A DNA stretch of 63,195 nucleotides, filler included, from Conidiobolus incongruus B7586 (taxonomy: Eukaryota), in the NCBI GenBank assembly GCA_000697335.1. It is 26 parts of 26 records of this genome, joined end to end, with 100 filler letters (N's around TTAATTAATTAA, not from the genome) between each part and the next. Parts side by side here need not be neighbours in the genome. Positions count along the whole stretch, not along the records: positions 1 to 1,652 come from JNEM01004602.1; positions 1,753 to 3,027 come from JNEM01004605.1; positions 3,128 to 4,190 come from JNEM01004606.1; positions 4,291 to 6,123 come from JNEM01004611.1; positions 6,224 to 9,926 come from JNEM01004612.1; positions 10,027 to 11,690 come from JNEM01004613.1; positions 11,791 to 12,960 come from JNEM01004615.1; positions 13,061 to 14,326 come from JNEM01004618.1; 18 more parts are not named here. One strand, 5' to 3'. Under the pieces are notes generated by a model. The model saw only the letters and a program-made list of their open reading frames with translations, did not search any database and was not told where the DNA came from. How positions within the stretch are numbered: the first letter of the stretch is position 1; every line of letters begins with the position of its first letter. A program made the position numbers and the translations under genes. Shown piece after piece: positions 1-13,076 of this stretch.

Positions 1-188
1 TTATAATTTAATTAATTATAATATAAGTATAGTAATAAAAAATTATTAATATAATATAAAGGAAGACTTGATATAAGGGTAATATAACACAAAATATGGT
101 AATATAACATAGGATATGGTTTAAATATATAAACAAAGTTTAATTAAGCTCCAAACTAAGATAAGTTACTGATATATTAAGATTTATA
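1..188. repeat. G2 LTR segment, interrupted by a Tc1 insertion
   Basis: Matches ~7775-7942 and stops at the TA at 187-188, where the Tc1 terminus begins. Confidence 0.75.
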
Positions 189-1652
189 TACTAACTTACA
201 AAAATAAGTTATAAAATCAAAAACACTTATATTTTTACTAATATCCCAAATAATATTTAATGAAATAAACTTTAATTAAATGATGAAAATCTATTATAGT
301 TTTTAATTATATATATCATTAAATGATAATATTTAATTATTAATTAACTAAAATATAAACTTTTAAATTTTACCTAAGGTGAGTTATAAATTTATAGGTT
401 TTTGGTGATAAAAAAAATTAAAACTTGGTATATCTACTTTTAGCTTTTCTAACTTCTTTAAGTTTATAGGGTATAGAATTAACTAACTTTTTATACTAAG
501 AAGGGTTAATCTTGTTTTATGCTTCTTAAACATATTCCTAAAGTTGATTTAAATCTTTTATTAGGGGGAAAATTTTAATAATTTTTTTTAATTAATTTTA
601 AATATATTTAATTAGATTAAAGTTAAGAAATTGAAAAAGTTACTTTATAACTATTATCTTGTTATTTTTAAGCTATTTAGTAATAGAAGTTATAATATAA
701 TAAAAGGTATTATCTTATTAGAAAATAATATTAGATTTGTTTAACCTATATTATTCAATGGTTTTTTTCAATTTATTGTTTAAAATACTTTAATATATCT
801 CAATATTAATTCCCCCATTAATTTTACAAAAATACCTTATATCTAAAGATAACATACATTCTTAAACAATAATTAACCTATTATTGTACTTTTAGGTATA
901 ATTAATATGATAGTTATAAAATAATTCTATATCTTTTCTAAAATATCTAGCTTTTTTATTATATCTACTAAAATATATTTTTGTTTTATTAAATTAAATA
1001 ATCTTACTTTAATTAGTTTCAGTTTAATATTAATAATAATATTTAAACTCTTGTCTAGCTTTATAATAGGATTTCTTTAGTTAGGGGTGTTTTTTCTTAA
1101 GATATAAGTGATATCTATACTAATATAAAATATATATAATAGTATCAATGCTAACTAATATTCTTGTATAGTTTTATAATTCCTATTGTATTTCTATAGT
1201 AATATTATATTTTCTTGTATTAACCAACCTATAGATATACTTCTTATCATATTTATCTATAATTTTAACACACTTAAGTTTAAGTTTAAATATTTTTTTA
1301 TTATTATTCTTAATAACTTTAATTATAGTAAACTAACTAACACTAGTAATTCTAATAATATTATAAGTTAATTTACCTTCTTTATAAAGTTAATTAATAT
1401 ATAAGTAGATTTTTTAAAAAGGGATTTAGGTATAATAAAATTAATTAAAAAAATTGATATATTTATATAATATTATATAAAATAATAGCAAGGAAAAAAA
1501 AAGATATGGTTATATATTATTAAATATATCCTTTTATCTCAAAAACCTGCAAATTTAAAACTTATCTTAGCTAAATATTAAAAGTTAATATTTTTGCTAA
1601 TAGTTTATTAAATATATCTAAATATATTTATTTATTATTAAATAATATACTT
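189..1652 (-). mobile_element. Tc1 copy
   Basis: Colinear with 61739-63195. Terminus TA|TACTAACTTACAAAAATAAGTTATAAAATC. Confidence 0.88.
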
Positions 1653-1752
1653 NNNNNNNNNNNNNNNNNNNNNNNNNNNNNNNNNNNNNNNNNNNNTTAA
1701 TTAATTAANNNNNNNNNNNNNNNNNNNNNNNNNNNNNNNNNNNNNNNNNNNN
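1653..1752. other. Assembly linker N44-TTAATTAATTAA-N44 (first of 25 in the window)
   Basis: Identical 12-mer with stop codons in all six frames, embedded in N runs at every contig junction. Confidence 0.98.
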
Positions 1753-2883
1753 AACTAAATAATAACCATCTAAAGTTTATTATTTTAATAATTATAAAAC
1801 TTAACCATAAACCCTATAAAATCATTTAAAATTTATAAATAACTTTTAATAGTAAAATATTATTTAAATTAATAATTTATAATTAGGTAATTAATTTCAA
1901 ATTAAGAGAGAAATTACTCTAAACTAATTATAATTTAGAAAACTAATTTCAACTAATTTCAACTAATATTCTTTCAATAATAAATAAAATGAAAAAAAAA
2001 ATTAAAATGTATTTTTTTATTTTAATTAAAAAATTATCACAATATTTTAATATTAGTTATTTAAGTGTTATATATATATATTAAAACTTAAATTAAATCT
2101 AATTAATAAAAATATAAAATAGGTACCTTATAATTTAACTAAAATTTAAAATAAGTTAGAGTAGCTATTATTAAAAAAACTTACTAAGATATAACTAAAA
2201 ACTAAAGCTTTTATAATAAATTATTATAATTGATAAATCCTAAGTTTTTTTATATAATTCTATATAAAAATATAAATCAAAGTATTAGATTAAGTTAAAT
2301 TAACCCCCTCTATAAATCCCTTTAAAAAAATATTTTATTATTAAATAAATATTAATTATTATAATAGAATATAATATTATATACTACTCTTATTTAGTTC
2401 CTGAAAAAAAATCAATTAATAATAAACTTTATATTGCTTTTTTAAATAAAAGTATTTCTAATTAGTGTTCTTAATATAATTTAAGAAAACTTATTATTTT
2501 GAATGATAATAATAAAAAATATAAATTTGAATTTATAAAAAACTTTCTAATTAAAAATAACTGGAAAAAGCTATTATATTTAGTATATATTTTAAATTAT
2601 AACTTATATCATTATAATTATTTTAAACAATTAAAAAATTACTATGTAACAAAGAAAATTTCTATAAAAAAATTTCATTAGTTTATAAAATATCAAATTT
2701 CAATCTTTAATAAAAAGAATTATTTATTAGATGTTAGATCTTTGCTAAAAGTATAGCAAAAAGTTATTAGAAATAAAAGAAATTATTAATTTTATATTAT
2801 ATATTTATTTTTACTTTTTATATATTAAAATATTTATTTTTTTCAATTGCAAGAAATTCCCATTATTTAAAATACAAATAATA
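1753..2883 (+). mobile_element. mariner copy
   Basis: K*VPYNL (~2115-2140). ORF 2499-2681 is the HDN-to-YSPD catalytic segment. Right terminal repeat ATTCCCATTATTT...AATA. Confidence 0.85.
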
Positions 2884-2995
2884 ATAAAAAAACTATCAAA
2901 TTTATATTATATATTTATTTTTATATATTATATATTAAAATATATATTTATTTTTAATTATAAAAAATTTCCATTTTTAAAAATTTAGAGTAATA
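2884..2995 (+). mobile_element. Second mariner 3' end in tandem
   Basis: Repeats 2775-2883 (last codons, 3' UTR and terminal repeat). Confidence 0.65.
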
Positions 2996-3419
2996 TTTAT
3001 ATATTTATATAAATTAAATAATAAAATNNNNNNNNNNNNNNNNNNNNNNNNNNNNNNNNNNNNNNNNNNNNTTAATTAATTAANNNNNNNNNNNNNNNNN
3101 NNNNNNNNNNNNNNNNNNNNNNNNNNNAATAATGATAATAATATATTTGTTAAAAAATTCAATCAAATTAATTTTATTTAAAATTAATTATTATGATAAT
3201 AGTAAGTTTAAGATTTTTTATAATTTTTTTTAATTGAATAATATATAAATAAATGATAAATATATCTAAATTCATTTTTAAATCAAATTTTCAATTATTT
3301 ATATATTAATCAAAATAAAATAATTATTTTATTACTATATTCTTGAATATTATTAGTTAATATCTATTATAATATTTTAATTCTATTAAAATTAATATTA
3401 ATAATTAATTAAAATTATA

Positions 3420-4066
3420 TTAATATAAAAGATAATTATCATTTATATAAAAGTTAAAATATAAATTAACTCTTGATAAAACAAGTTCTATAAAATAATG
3501 CTTCAAAATCACTAATATATTAGATTAGTAATAATTCGATAATATATCTTATGGCTGAAAATTAACCATTTGAAATAATTATTAACTAATTTTATAAATA
3601 CCCCCTTAATTGAAAGTTATATTATAAACAAAATATCTGATATTATTAAATATAATATTATTTGATATAAACTAAATATTATCAAAGTTATCTAGAATTA
3701 TATTACCTTAAAATATAATATTAAATTATAAGTTATAAAATAGAGTTATTTATATAATAATTTATTTTTTAATAAGTTTAATATGGCCTGATATAGTTTT
3801 TCATTGATTTTACTAGATTAATACTTAAATCTATATTTTTACCTATTTTTTACGTTAATATAGCTGGATTTCTAAAATTAACTTTTAGAATTATAATTAA
3901 TAATAATTACAATATATTAATTATAATTATGATATTTTTATCTATATATTTTAGCTTTAATAAATTTTATAACTAATTTTCAAAGCTTAAGCTTATAATT
4001 TATTTATTTAAGTTTATTAAATAAATATATAATTGATAAATATATATTTAAAAAACTATTTAGATA
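3420..4066 (+). mobile_element. Possible Ty1/copia RT-RNaseH relic
   Basis: FLISLIWPDIVF at ~3765-3800 resembles the copia YL..TRPDIAF motif (CGG>TGG). The remainder is too degraded to read. Confidence 0.3.
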
Positions 4067-4068
4067 TA

Positions 4069-4935
4069 TATTAATTTGCAAAAATAAGTCATAAAATCAG
4101 AATTACTGATATATTTACATATATCTTATATAATGCTTAATTAAATTAATATAAATTAAAATATATAATTTATTTATATTTGTTGATTATNNNNNNNNNN
4201 NNNNNNNNNNNNNNNNNNNNNNNNNNNNNNNNNNTTAATTAATTAANNNNNNNNNNNNNNNNNNNNNNNNNNNNNNNNNNNNNNNNNNNNCTTTATAAAG
4301 TTGATAAAAGAATTAATGTTGAAATATATTAAAATATTTTAAACAATAAATTAAAAGAAATTATTAAATAATATAGGTTAAATAAATTAGATATTATTTT
4401 TTAATAAGATAATACCTTTTGTTATACTACTATTTCTATTACCAAATAGTTTAAAAATAATAAAATAATAGTTATAAAGTAGTTTTTTTTAATTTTTTAA
4501 CTTTAATCTAATTAAATACTTTTGGGATTAGTTAAAAAAAATAGTTAAAGTTTTCCCACTAGCAAAAAATTTAAATAAGCTTTAAAAATATATTTAAGAA
4601 GCTTAAAACAAAATTAATCTTTTTTAATATAAGAAGTTAGTTGATTCTATACTTTATAAACTTAAAAAAGTTAAGAAAACAAAAGGTAAATATATTAAGT
4701 TTTAATTTTCTTTCTATAACTAAAACACTTAAATTTATAACTCAACTTAAGTAAAATTTAAACTTTAATATATCAACTAGAATTTAATATAATTAAATCA
4801 AATATACTTAATTATAAATAAATAATATAAGTTTATTATATGTTTTAATTTAAATTAATTTGATTAAGAATTAATAGAGTTATTAATAATAATATATATA
4901 ATTATAATTTTATAATTTATTTTTACAAATTAGTA
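4069..4935 (+). mobile_element. Tc1 copy: left end (4069-4190) and 3' half (4291-4935) on either side of a gap
   Basis: Terminal motif AAAAATAAGTCATAAAATC at ~4080. Transposase 3' half and right terminus end at 4935. May be two separate copies. Confidence 0.8.
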
Positions 4936-6123
4936 TATATATATATATATAATAACTTTTTTAATTAAAAAAATAGTTTTTTAAAATTATCTATTTAATT
5001 TAATTATATTTAAACTAAATAATAACTAGAAAAAGTTTTTTATTTTAGTATTAGTAAAACTTAACTATAAACCTTTTAAAATTATTTAAAATTTATAAGT
5101 AGCTTTTAATAATAAAATATTATTTAAATTAATAATTTAACACTAAGTAAATTATTTTAAAGTGAAAAAAAAAATTACCTAAAACTTATTAAAATCTAAA
5201 AGATTAACTTTAACTATTATTGTTTTAATTGTTAATAAAATAAAAAAACATATTAAAAAACACTTTTTTATTTTAGCTAAAGAATTAATAAGATATTTTA
5301 ATATTAGTTACATAAGTATTTTATATATATTAAAATTTAAATTAAAATTAATTAATAAAAATATAAAATAGATACCTTATAAATTAATTAAAGCTTAAAA
5401 AAAAGTTAGAGCAACTATTATTAAATAAAACTTACTAAGGTATAACTAGAAACTAAAGTTTTTATAATAAATTATTACAATTAATGAATCTTAGATTTTT
5501 TTATATAATCTTTTATTAAAACATAAATTAAAGTGTTAAATTAAATTAAATTAACCTTTTTTATAAATTTCTTTAAATAAATACTTTGGTAATAAATAAA
5601 TATTAACTATTATAATAAATTATAATAACATATACTATTCTTATTTAATTCTGAAAAGAAAATTAATTAATAATAAACTTTATATTTTTTTTAAATAAAA
5701 CTATTTCTAGTTAGTATTTTTAATATAATTTAAGAAAACCTATTATTTACATGATAATTATAAAATACATAAATCTAAAGTTGTAAAAAACTTTCCAATT
5801 AAAAATAACTAGAAAAAACTACTATATCTAATATATTGTTTAGATTATAACTTATGTAATTATAATTATTTTAGGTAATTAAAAAACAAGTTTACAAAAA
5901 AGAAAATTTCTACAAGAAATTTTAATTGGTTTTAAAACATCAAATTTTAGTTTTTAATAAAAAGAATTATTTTTAAAGTATTAGATTTTTGTTAAAAATA
6001 TAGCAAAAGTTATTAGAAGTAAAAAAAACTATTAATTTTATAATATATATTAATTTTTACTTTTTATATATTAAAATGTTTATTTTTTTTAATCAAAAAA
6101 ATTCCTATTATTTAAATTATAAA
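4936..6123 (+). mobile_element. mariner copy
   Basis: Plus translation gives K*IPYKL, IITINES*, LHDNYKIHKSKVVKN and LLYLIYCLDYNLCNY. Confidence 0.87.
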
Positions 6124-6223
6124 NNNNNNNNNNNNNNNNNNNNNNNNNNNNNNNNNNNNNNNNNNNNTTAATTAATTAANNNNNNNNNNNNNNNNNNNNN
6201 NNNNNNNNNNNNNNNNNNNNNNN

Positions 6224-8170
6224 TAATAATTTAATTTAAATTTTAAATTTATTAAAAATTTGTTAAATATTTAAATATAATGCTAGATGCTTATTCTATT
6301 AAATTATTATTATATTTAATTATTAAGCTGCTTTTTTAGATAGGTAAAGATAGTTTTGAAATAATAAAAGAAGAGATAATATAATTAAAACAATCAAAGT
6401 TAATTAAAATATTATCAAGTATATCTATAAAATATCTAGTTAAAACAAATAATAAAAGGATAGTTAAAGATAAAAAATCACAAGATAAATTAGTTATTAG
6501 AATATTTTTAGTTTCTAGTGATTTAATTAGTTAGATCTGTTTAGTATATATAATTTAATTTATAAAATCATTAGTCTATTATAACTTTTTTGGATTAAAT
6601 TAAAATCTACTAACTAATTGCAAAAAAGGTAATTTTAAGATTATATTAATATTATTCAAGTTTAATTTATAGTTTTTAGATTAAGATTATTAAGAATTAA
6701 ACAGATATTATTTTTTAAGGAAATATTAATCATCTTTATAATAAACTTGGATTTTTTAACAATAGTAGCAATCTTTATTTATTCTTAAATAAGCTTTAGT
6801 TTCTTTATTAAAGGTTTTTTTATAGAGCCTTAAAGTAAAAATATCTATCATTTAAGACTTAAGAGAGTTAAAATAAGTTTTATATGATTAATTCTTAAAA
6901 TAGGAAAATTTAATTATAAAATAAAAAATATCATCAATTATAATTACTATATCATATATGTTAAAAAAAGTTATATTATCAAAATATACTTTGTTAATTA
7001 GTTAGAGTTTTACTCAAGGATTAAGATATTATAATAACTTATAGATTTATTTTTCTTTGGTAATATTTAATATATTTAAATATATTTTATTAAATTTCTG
7101 AATTAATTACCTTATAGAAGTTTTTTGTTTAAATTAAGATAGCTTTTCTCTTGCTAATTAAATTTAATCTTTTAAGTAATATCTTTCTTTAAAGGCTTTT
7201 TCTAACTGTTTAAAGGTTTGTATTCTTATAATAAACTATCCCCTTACAGATTTTTTAAGATTAAGCTTATAATAAGTTAACTACTAAATATAAATAGATT
7301 TTTCTAAAAAAATAGCTAATTTAAAGATATTCTTTAGATTTTCATTAACAATTAAATTAAAATAATTTTTTATATTTTTAAGATAGTTTTTAAAAAAATA
7401 AAGGTTTTTAAGATTATTATAAATGGTTAATTTATTTTTAAAAATATTAAGTAAGTAATTTAATATATTAACAATAATGAAATAGTTAGTTTATTAGATT
7501 TAAACTTTTTAAGTTATATTTTTCTTAACTATAAGTTATTTAATATAAGTTTCTTAAAGGGTAGTAAGCTTTTAAAAATTAAAATCTTAAATCCACTTAG
7601 TAATTAAATTACTATTATTATTAAAATAATATAAGGGTATTTTTTTAATAGTAATATAGTGTATAATATTAAATTTAAATAACTTAAGTTATAAATAAAA
7701 TTTAAAATAGTAATAAATAAATTTGATACAAATAATTATTAATCTTGATAGGTTTTTAATAGTTTTATTATTGTGATTATATAAACATAATGGTAAAATA
7801 ACAATATAATATAAAGGAAGACTTTAATATAAAAGTAATGTAATATAAAATATAATATTATAATATAGTTATAGTGTATAAGTATAAATAAAATATAATT
7901 AAGTTTAAAATAAGATAAGTCACTAATATATTAAGATTTATATTAGGTAATATTAATATATTATAATATTAATAAAATATAGTTTTAATTTGAGAAATAC
8001 TGAAAAGATAAGACTTAATAAGATTTAAAAAAAAACCTATTTTTATTAGATAATTCAATGATATTTATTTAATTAAGTTAGTTATATAAATATAAATTAA
8101 CTATATAATTTATAGTTAATTAGATTATAAAGAAATATATATAAGAATTTAAAACACTAGTCTCTTAACA
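6224..8170 (-). mobile_element. Second Ty3/gypsy family (G2): 5' LTR (~7772-8170), gag, protease
   Basis: Minus translation gives LEKAFKERYY...AREKLS*FKQKTS (retrotransposon gag), a CYYC zinc-knuckle remnant (~6765) and ILINFDCFN (from VLIDSGC protease, ~6400). The LTR is bounded by TGTG...TTAACA. Confidence 0.82.
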
Positions 8171-8393
8171 AAGTTAAATTTTTTTATTAATATCAAATAT
8201 AATCAAACTTTAAATGATAAAATAAAATACTTTATAAATTATATATTTTTAATTATTACTAAATTATAAAATTAATTTTTTAATTTTTGATTTTTAAAAA
8301 TTTTTTATTATATTATAATAGACTTTATAAAAAATCTTTTTTATATATTTTTCAAAAATTATTATAGATTTTATTAATCATTTATTGATTTTT

Positions 8394-9926
8394 TATTAAC
8401 CCACAAATATAAGTCATAAAATCAAATTTACTTATATATTTACTAATATCTTAAATAATTCTAAATTAAATGAATTTATATTAAAATATATAGTTTATCA
8501 ATATTAGTTAATTATAACTAACTATATTTAAATATATTTTATTAGTTATTGGTTAATATATTCAAACCTAAAATTTAACCAAAGTAAGTTATAAATTTAT
8601 AGGTTTATAAGTTAAAAGGGCATTAATAATAAATCTTATATATATCTTCTCATTTTTTTCCTATATTATATATATTTTAAATCTATTAAGTTAATATTTT
8701 AAAATTAATATTATAATTCTTAAATCTCTCTTTAAAAAAGTTTATTTATATATTAATTAACTTTATAATAAAAATAAATCAATTTATGAGATTATTCAAA
8801 TTACTAATATTAGCTAATTTACTATAGTTAAGATTATTAAGAATAAAGATAAAAAAATATTTAAATTAAAACTTAAATATATTAAAGTTATAGATAAACA
8901 TGATAAAAAGTATATTTATAGATTAGTTAATATAAGTAAATAAATACTATTATAAAAGTATAACAAGAATTATAAGACTATATAAGAGTATTAGTTAATA
9001 TAAATATTATTATATATACTCTATATTAGAATAAATATTACTCAAATCTTAAGAAAAAATACCTGTAATTAAAAAAATCTTATTATAAAGTAAAGTAAAA
9101 GTTTGAATATTAATATTAAAGTTAAATTAAAACTAATTAAAGTAAGGTTATTTAATCTAATAAAATAAAGATATATTTTAATAAATTTAATAAAAAAGCT
9201 AGATATTTTAAAAAAAATAAAAAACTACTTTATAACTATTATATTATTATAATCTAAAAATATAATAATAAGTTAATTATATTTAAACATATATATTATC
9301 TTTAAATATAAAATATCTTTATAAAGTTAATATAAGAATTAATACTAAGATATATTAAAGTATTTTAAATAATAAATCAAAAAAACTATTATGTAATATA
9401 AGTTAAATAAATCAAATATTATTTTCTAATAAGTTAATACCCCTTGTTATGCTATAAATTCTACTATTAAATGGCTTAAAAATAACAAAATAACTATTGT
9501 GAAATAACCTCTTCAATCTCTTAATCTTAATTTAATTAAATATCTTTAAGATTAATTAAAAAAATTAATTAAAGCTTTCCTTTTAACAAAAAATTTAAAT
9601 CAATTTTAAGTATATATTCAAGAAACTTAAAATAATATTAATCTTGTTTAATATAAGAGACTAATTAACTCTATGCCTTATAAACTTAAAAAAGTTAGAA
9701 AAGCAAATGATAGATATACTAGATATTAATTTTTCTATCAATACTAAAACTCACAAATTTATAACTTACTTTAAATATACTTATAATATTAATATATCAA
9801 TTAATAATTAATTAAATTTAACTTTATATATTATATTATAAATAAAAAATATATATTAAATACATAGTTTAATATAAGTTTATTTAAATTAAAATTGACT
9901 AAGATATTAACAAAAATATTTATATT
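8394..9926 (+). mobile_element. Tc1 copy
   Basis: Left terminus TATTAACCCACAAATATAAGTCATAAAATC. Internal K*PLQSLNLN motif at ~9500. Confidence 0.88.
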
Positions 9927-10026
9927 NNNNNNNNNNNNNNNNNNNNNNNNNNNNNNNNNNNNNNNNNNNNTTAATTAATTAANNNNNNNNNNNNNNNNNN
10001 NNNNNNNNNNNNNNNNNNNNNNNNNN

Positions 10027-11690
10027 AGACTTGATTATTTAAATTAAGCTTTATCAATATTTTATAAATTTATATTTGAGTAATCTTATTGTTACATATT
10101 TATATATAATTATTCTTATATAAATTTTACTTAGTTATAAGAAAAACATAAAAGATTTTATATAAATAGAAATTTATTTATTTAATTAATAATATCCTTT
10201 TATTATTATTACTAATTAAAAACCTAATATTAAAAGATTTAATTATTATATATTTTTGAAATATTAAAAGACTTATTTTTTTTACTTTTAACTATTATTA
10301 TTCATTTATATAATAACAAAAATAAAAAATATTTAAAGGTATTTTTATTATTATAGTTGAAGATTTTATAATATAACTTATTTTTCTATATATGATAAAA
10401 ACAAGGTTAATATTTAAAGTTCTAATAATAATAATTACTATTTTATTAATTTATAAGATTTTATTAATATTAATGATATCTTTATTAAACATAGATTAAA
10501 ACTAAGATAAACTTAACAGATTAATTATATATAATAAATAGTAATTATAGTGAATAATTATAGAGTATTATTATCTATTATAAGAAATTTTAATAAAGCT
10601 AATTTTTTTATAAATAACTTAACTCTTATAATAACTTAAAATCTCTTAAAAAGTTAGAAGGATTTTTAAATAGACTAACTAAATTTTTTAAAGAAATTAA
10701 AACTCTAGATTTATATCATTTATTAAAAATTTAAGCTTTTAAATTAACTTCTAATTTTAAACTTTAATAACATAAATATTTAAAAAATATATTTAATCAT
10801 ATTAATGTTTTTTTGTCTTAATAAAATTAAAATATTTGAGTAATTTAAATAGATAATTAAAAAAAGTTTTTACCCATCAGATAGAGTTATTTTAATTTAA
10901 AAAATATTGCAAAAATTATTTAAAAATTTTTAATTAGAAATTTTATCAAGGAATTTGTTTAATTTAAATTAAAAATTCTTAACTTATCAAAAAATGAAAA
11001 AAAAGACAGGTTTAAAAAAAGACTCAAAGCTAATATTTTTATAATTGTTTATTGTAAAATTAATATAAAAATAATTAGTTTTTCTATTATAACTAAGATA
11101 ACTATTAAAGTAATAGATAATTAAAACTATATTAAAAAATTAATAAAAGTTTTTATATAGTCTTTAACAATTCCCTATCTAAATCATCTAATCTTAATAT
11201 TTTAATTATATATATAATATAGAAAAAAAAGCATTGGACTAATAAAAAGAAATTATACTTGAGAAAAAAAAGATATTTTTATTTTAGATAAATTAATATA
11301 GATTATTATTAGAAAAAAATATCTAAAGAAATTATTTTATAAAAAAACATTAATAATATAATTTTAAACAACAATATTTGAATAAACAATAGACAAAGTA
11401 ATCAACAGATAAATAATTTAATTTAAGTTTAACCTAATATAATTAAAATAACAAGCAGAAATCAATATTGAAAATCCTTTATAATAAATTTTCAAAATTT
11501 TATTCATATATTTAAATTTATTTAAAATACTTAAAAGAATAATAATATTTATCTAAACTTTTATTTATTAAATCTGAAAAAAATTAAGCTATATTTCTTT
11601 TAAATCTTCAAAGTTATTATAAATAAAAATTTTATTTCTTTTTTACTTAACTTTAAATATAATAATATATTTATTAATAAAGATATTATT
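10027..11690 (+). mobile_element. G1 gypsy fragment: partial 5' LTR, gag, start of protease
   Basis: Colinear with the reverse complement of ~58420-60120 and bounded by gaps on both sides. Confidence 0.8.
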
Positions 11691-11790
11691 NNNNNNNNNN
11701 NNNNNNNNNNNNNNNNNNNNNNNNNNNNNNNNNNTTAATTAATTAANNNNNNNNNNNNNNNNNNNNNNNNNNNNNNNNNNNNNNNNNNNN

Positions 11791-12930
11791 ATTTATAATT
11801 AAATATATTTGATTTAATTATATTAACTTTTAGTTGATATATTAAAATTTAAATTTTACCTAAGATGAGTAATAAATTTGTGAGTTTTAGTTATAAAAAG
11901 AAAATTAAAACTTAGTATATCTATCTTTTGCTTTTTAACTTCTTTAAGTTTATAGAGTATAGAGTTAATTAATTTTTATATTAAAAAAAGCTAATTTTGT
12001 TTTAAGTTTCTTAAACATATTTTTAAAGCTTATTTAAATTTTTTGCTAGTAGAGAAATTTTAACTATTTTTTTTAACTAATCCCCAAGGTGTTTAATTAA
12101 ATTAAAGTTAAAAAATTAAAAAAGCCACTTTATAATTATTATTTTATTATTTTTAAACCATTTAATAATAGAAAAAATAGTATAATAAAAGGTATTATCT
12201 TATTAAAAAATAATATATAGTTTATTTAATTTATATTATTTAATAGTTTTTTTTAATTTATTGTTTAAAATATTTCAATATATTTCAACAATAATTCCTT
12301 TATCAATTTATAAAAATATTTTATATTAGAAGATAATATATATCTTTAAGTTATAATTAACCTATTATTATATTTTTAGGTTGAAATAACATAATAATTA
12401 TAATGTAGTTTTTTGTTTTTTCTAAAATATCTAGTTTTTTTTATTAAATCTACTAAAATATATTTTTATTTCATTAAATTAAATAACCTTACTCTAATTA
12501 GTTTTAATTTAACTTTAGTAGTGACATTTAAATTCTAACTTAATTTTACAATAGGACTTTTTTAATTAAAGGTATTTTTTTTAAAATATAAGTGATATTT
12601 ATTAAAATATAATAAGTATATATAATAATATTAGAATTAACTAATATTCTTATATAATCTTGAAATTTCTTTTATATTTCTATAGTAATATTATATTTAC
12701 TTATACTGACTAACCTATAAATATACCTTTTATTATATATATTTTTAATGTTAATATACTTAAGCTTAAGTTTAGATATATTTTTACTATAATTTTTAAC
12801 AGCTTTTAATATAGTAAACTAATTAATATTAGTAATTCTAACAATCTTACAAGTAAATTTACCTATATTATAAAGTTAATTAATATACAAATAAATTTTT
12901 TTAGAGAGGGATTTAAGTATTTTAATACTA
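11791..12930 (-). mobile_element. Tc1 copy
   Basis: Colinear with 61850-62970. Confidence 0.85.
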
Positions 12931-13076
12931 ATATTATTTAAAATAATAATTTACAATAATNNNNNNNNNNNNNNNNNNNNNNNNNNNNNNNNNNNNNNNN
13001 NNNNTTAATTAATTAANNNNNNNNNNNNNNNNNNNNNNNNNNNNNNNNNNNNNNNNNNNNTTAACTTATCTTTAGA

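Noticed and set aside
1186..1371. 61-aa ORF (+)
   Set aside because: Antisense to a dead Tc1 transposase, with AT-driven composition.
2499..2681. 60-aa ORF as a functional gene
   Set aside because: Stop-free stretch of a mutated mariner catalytic domain.
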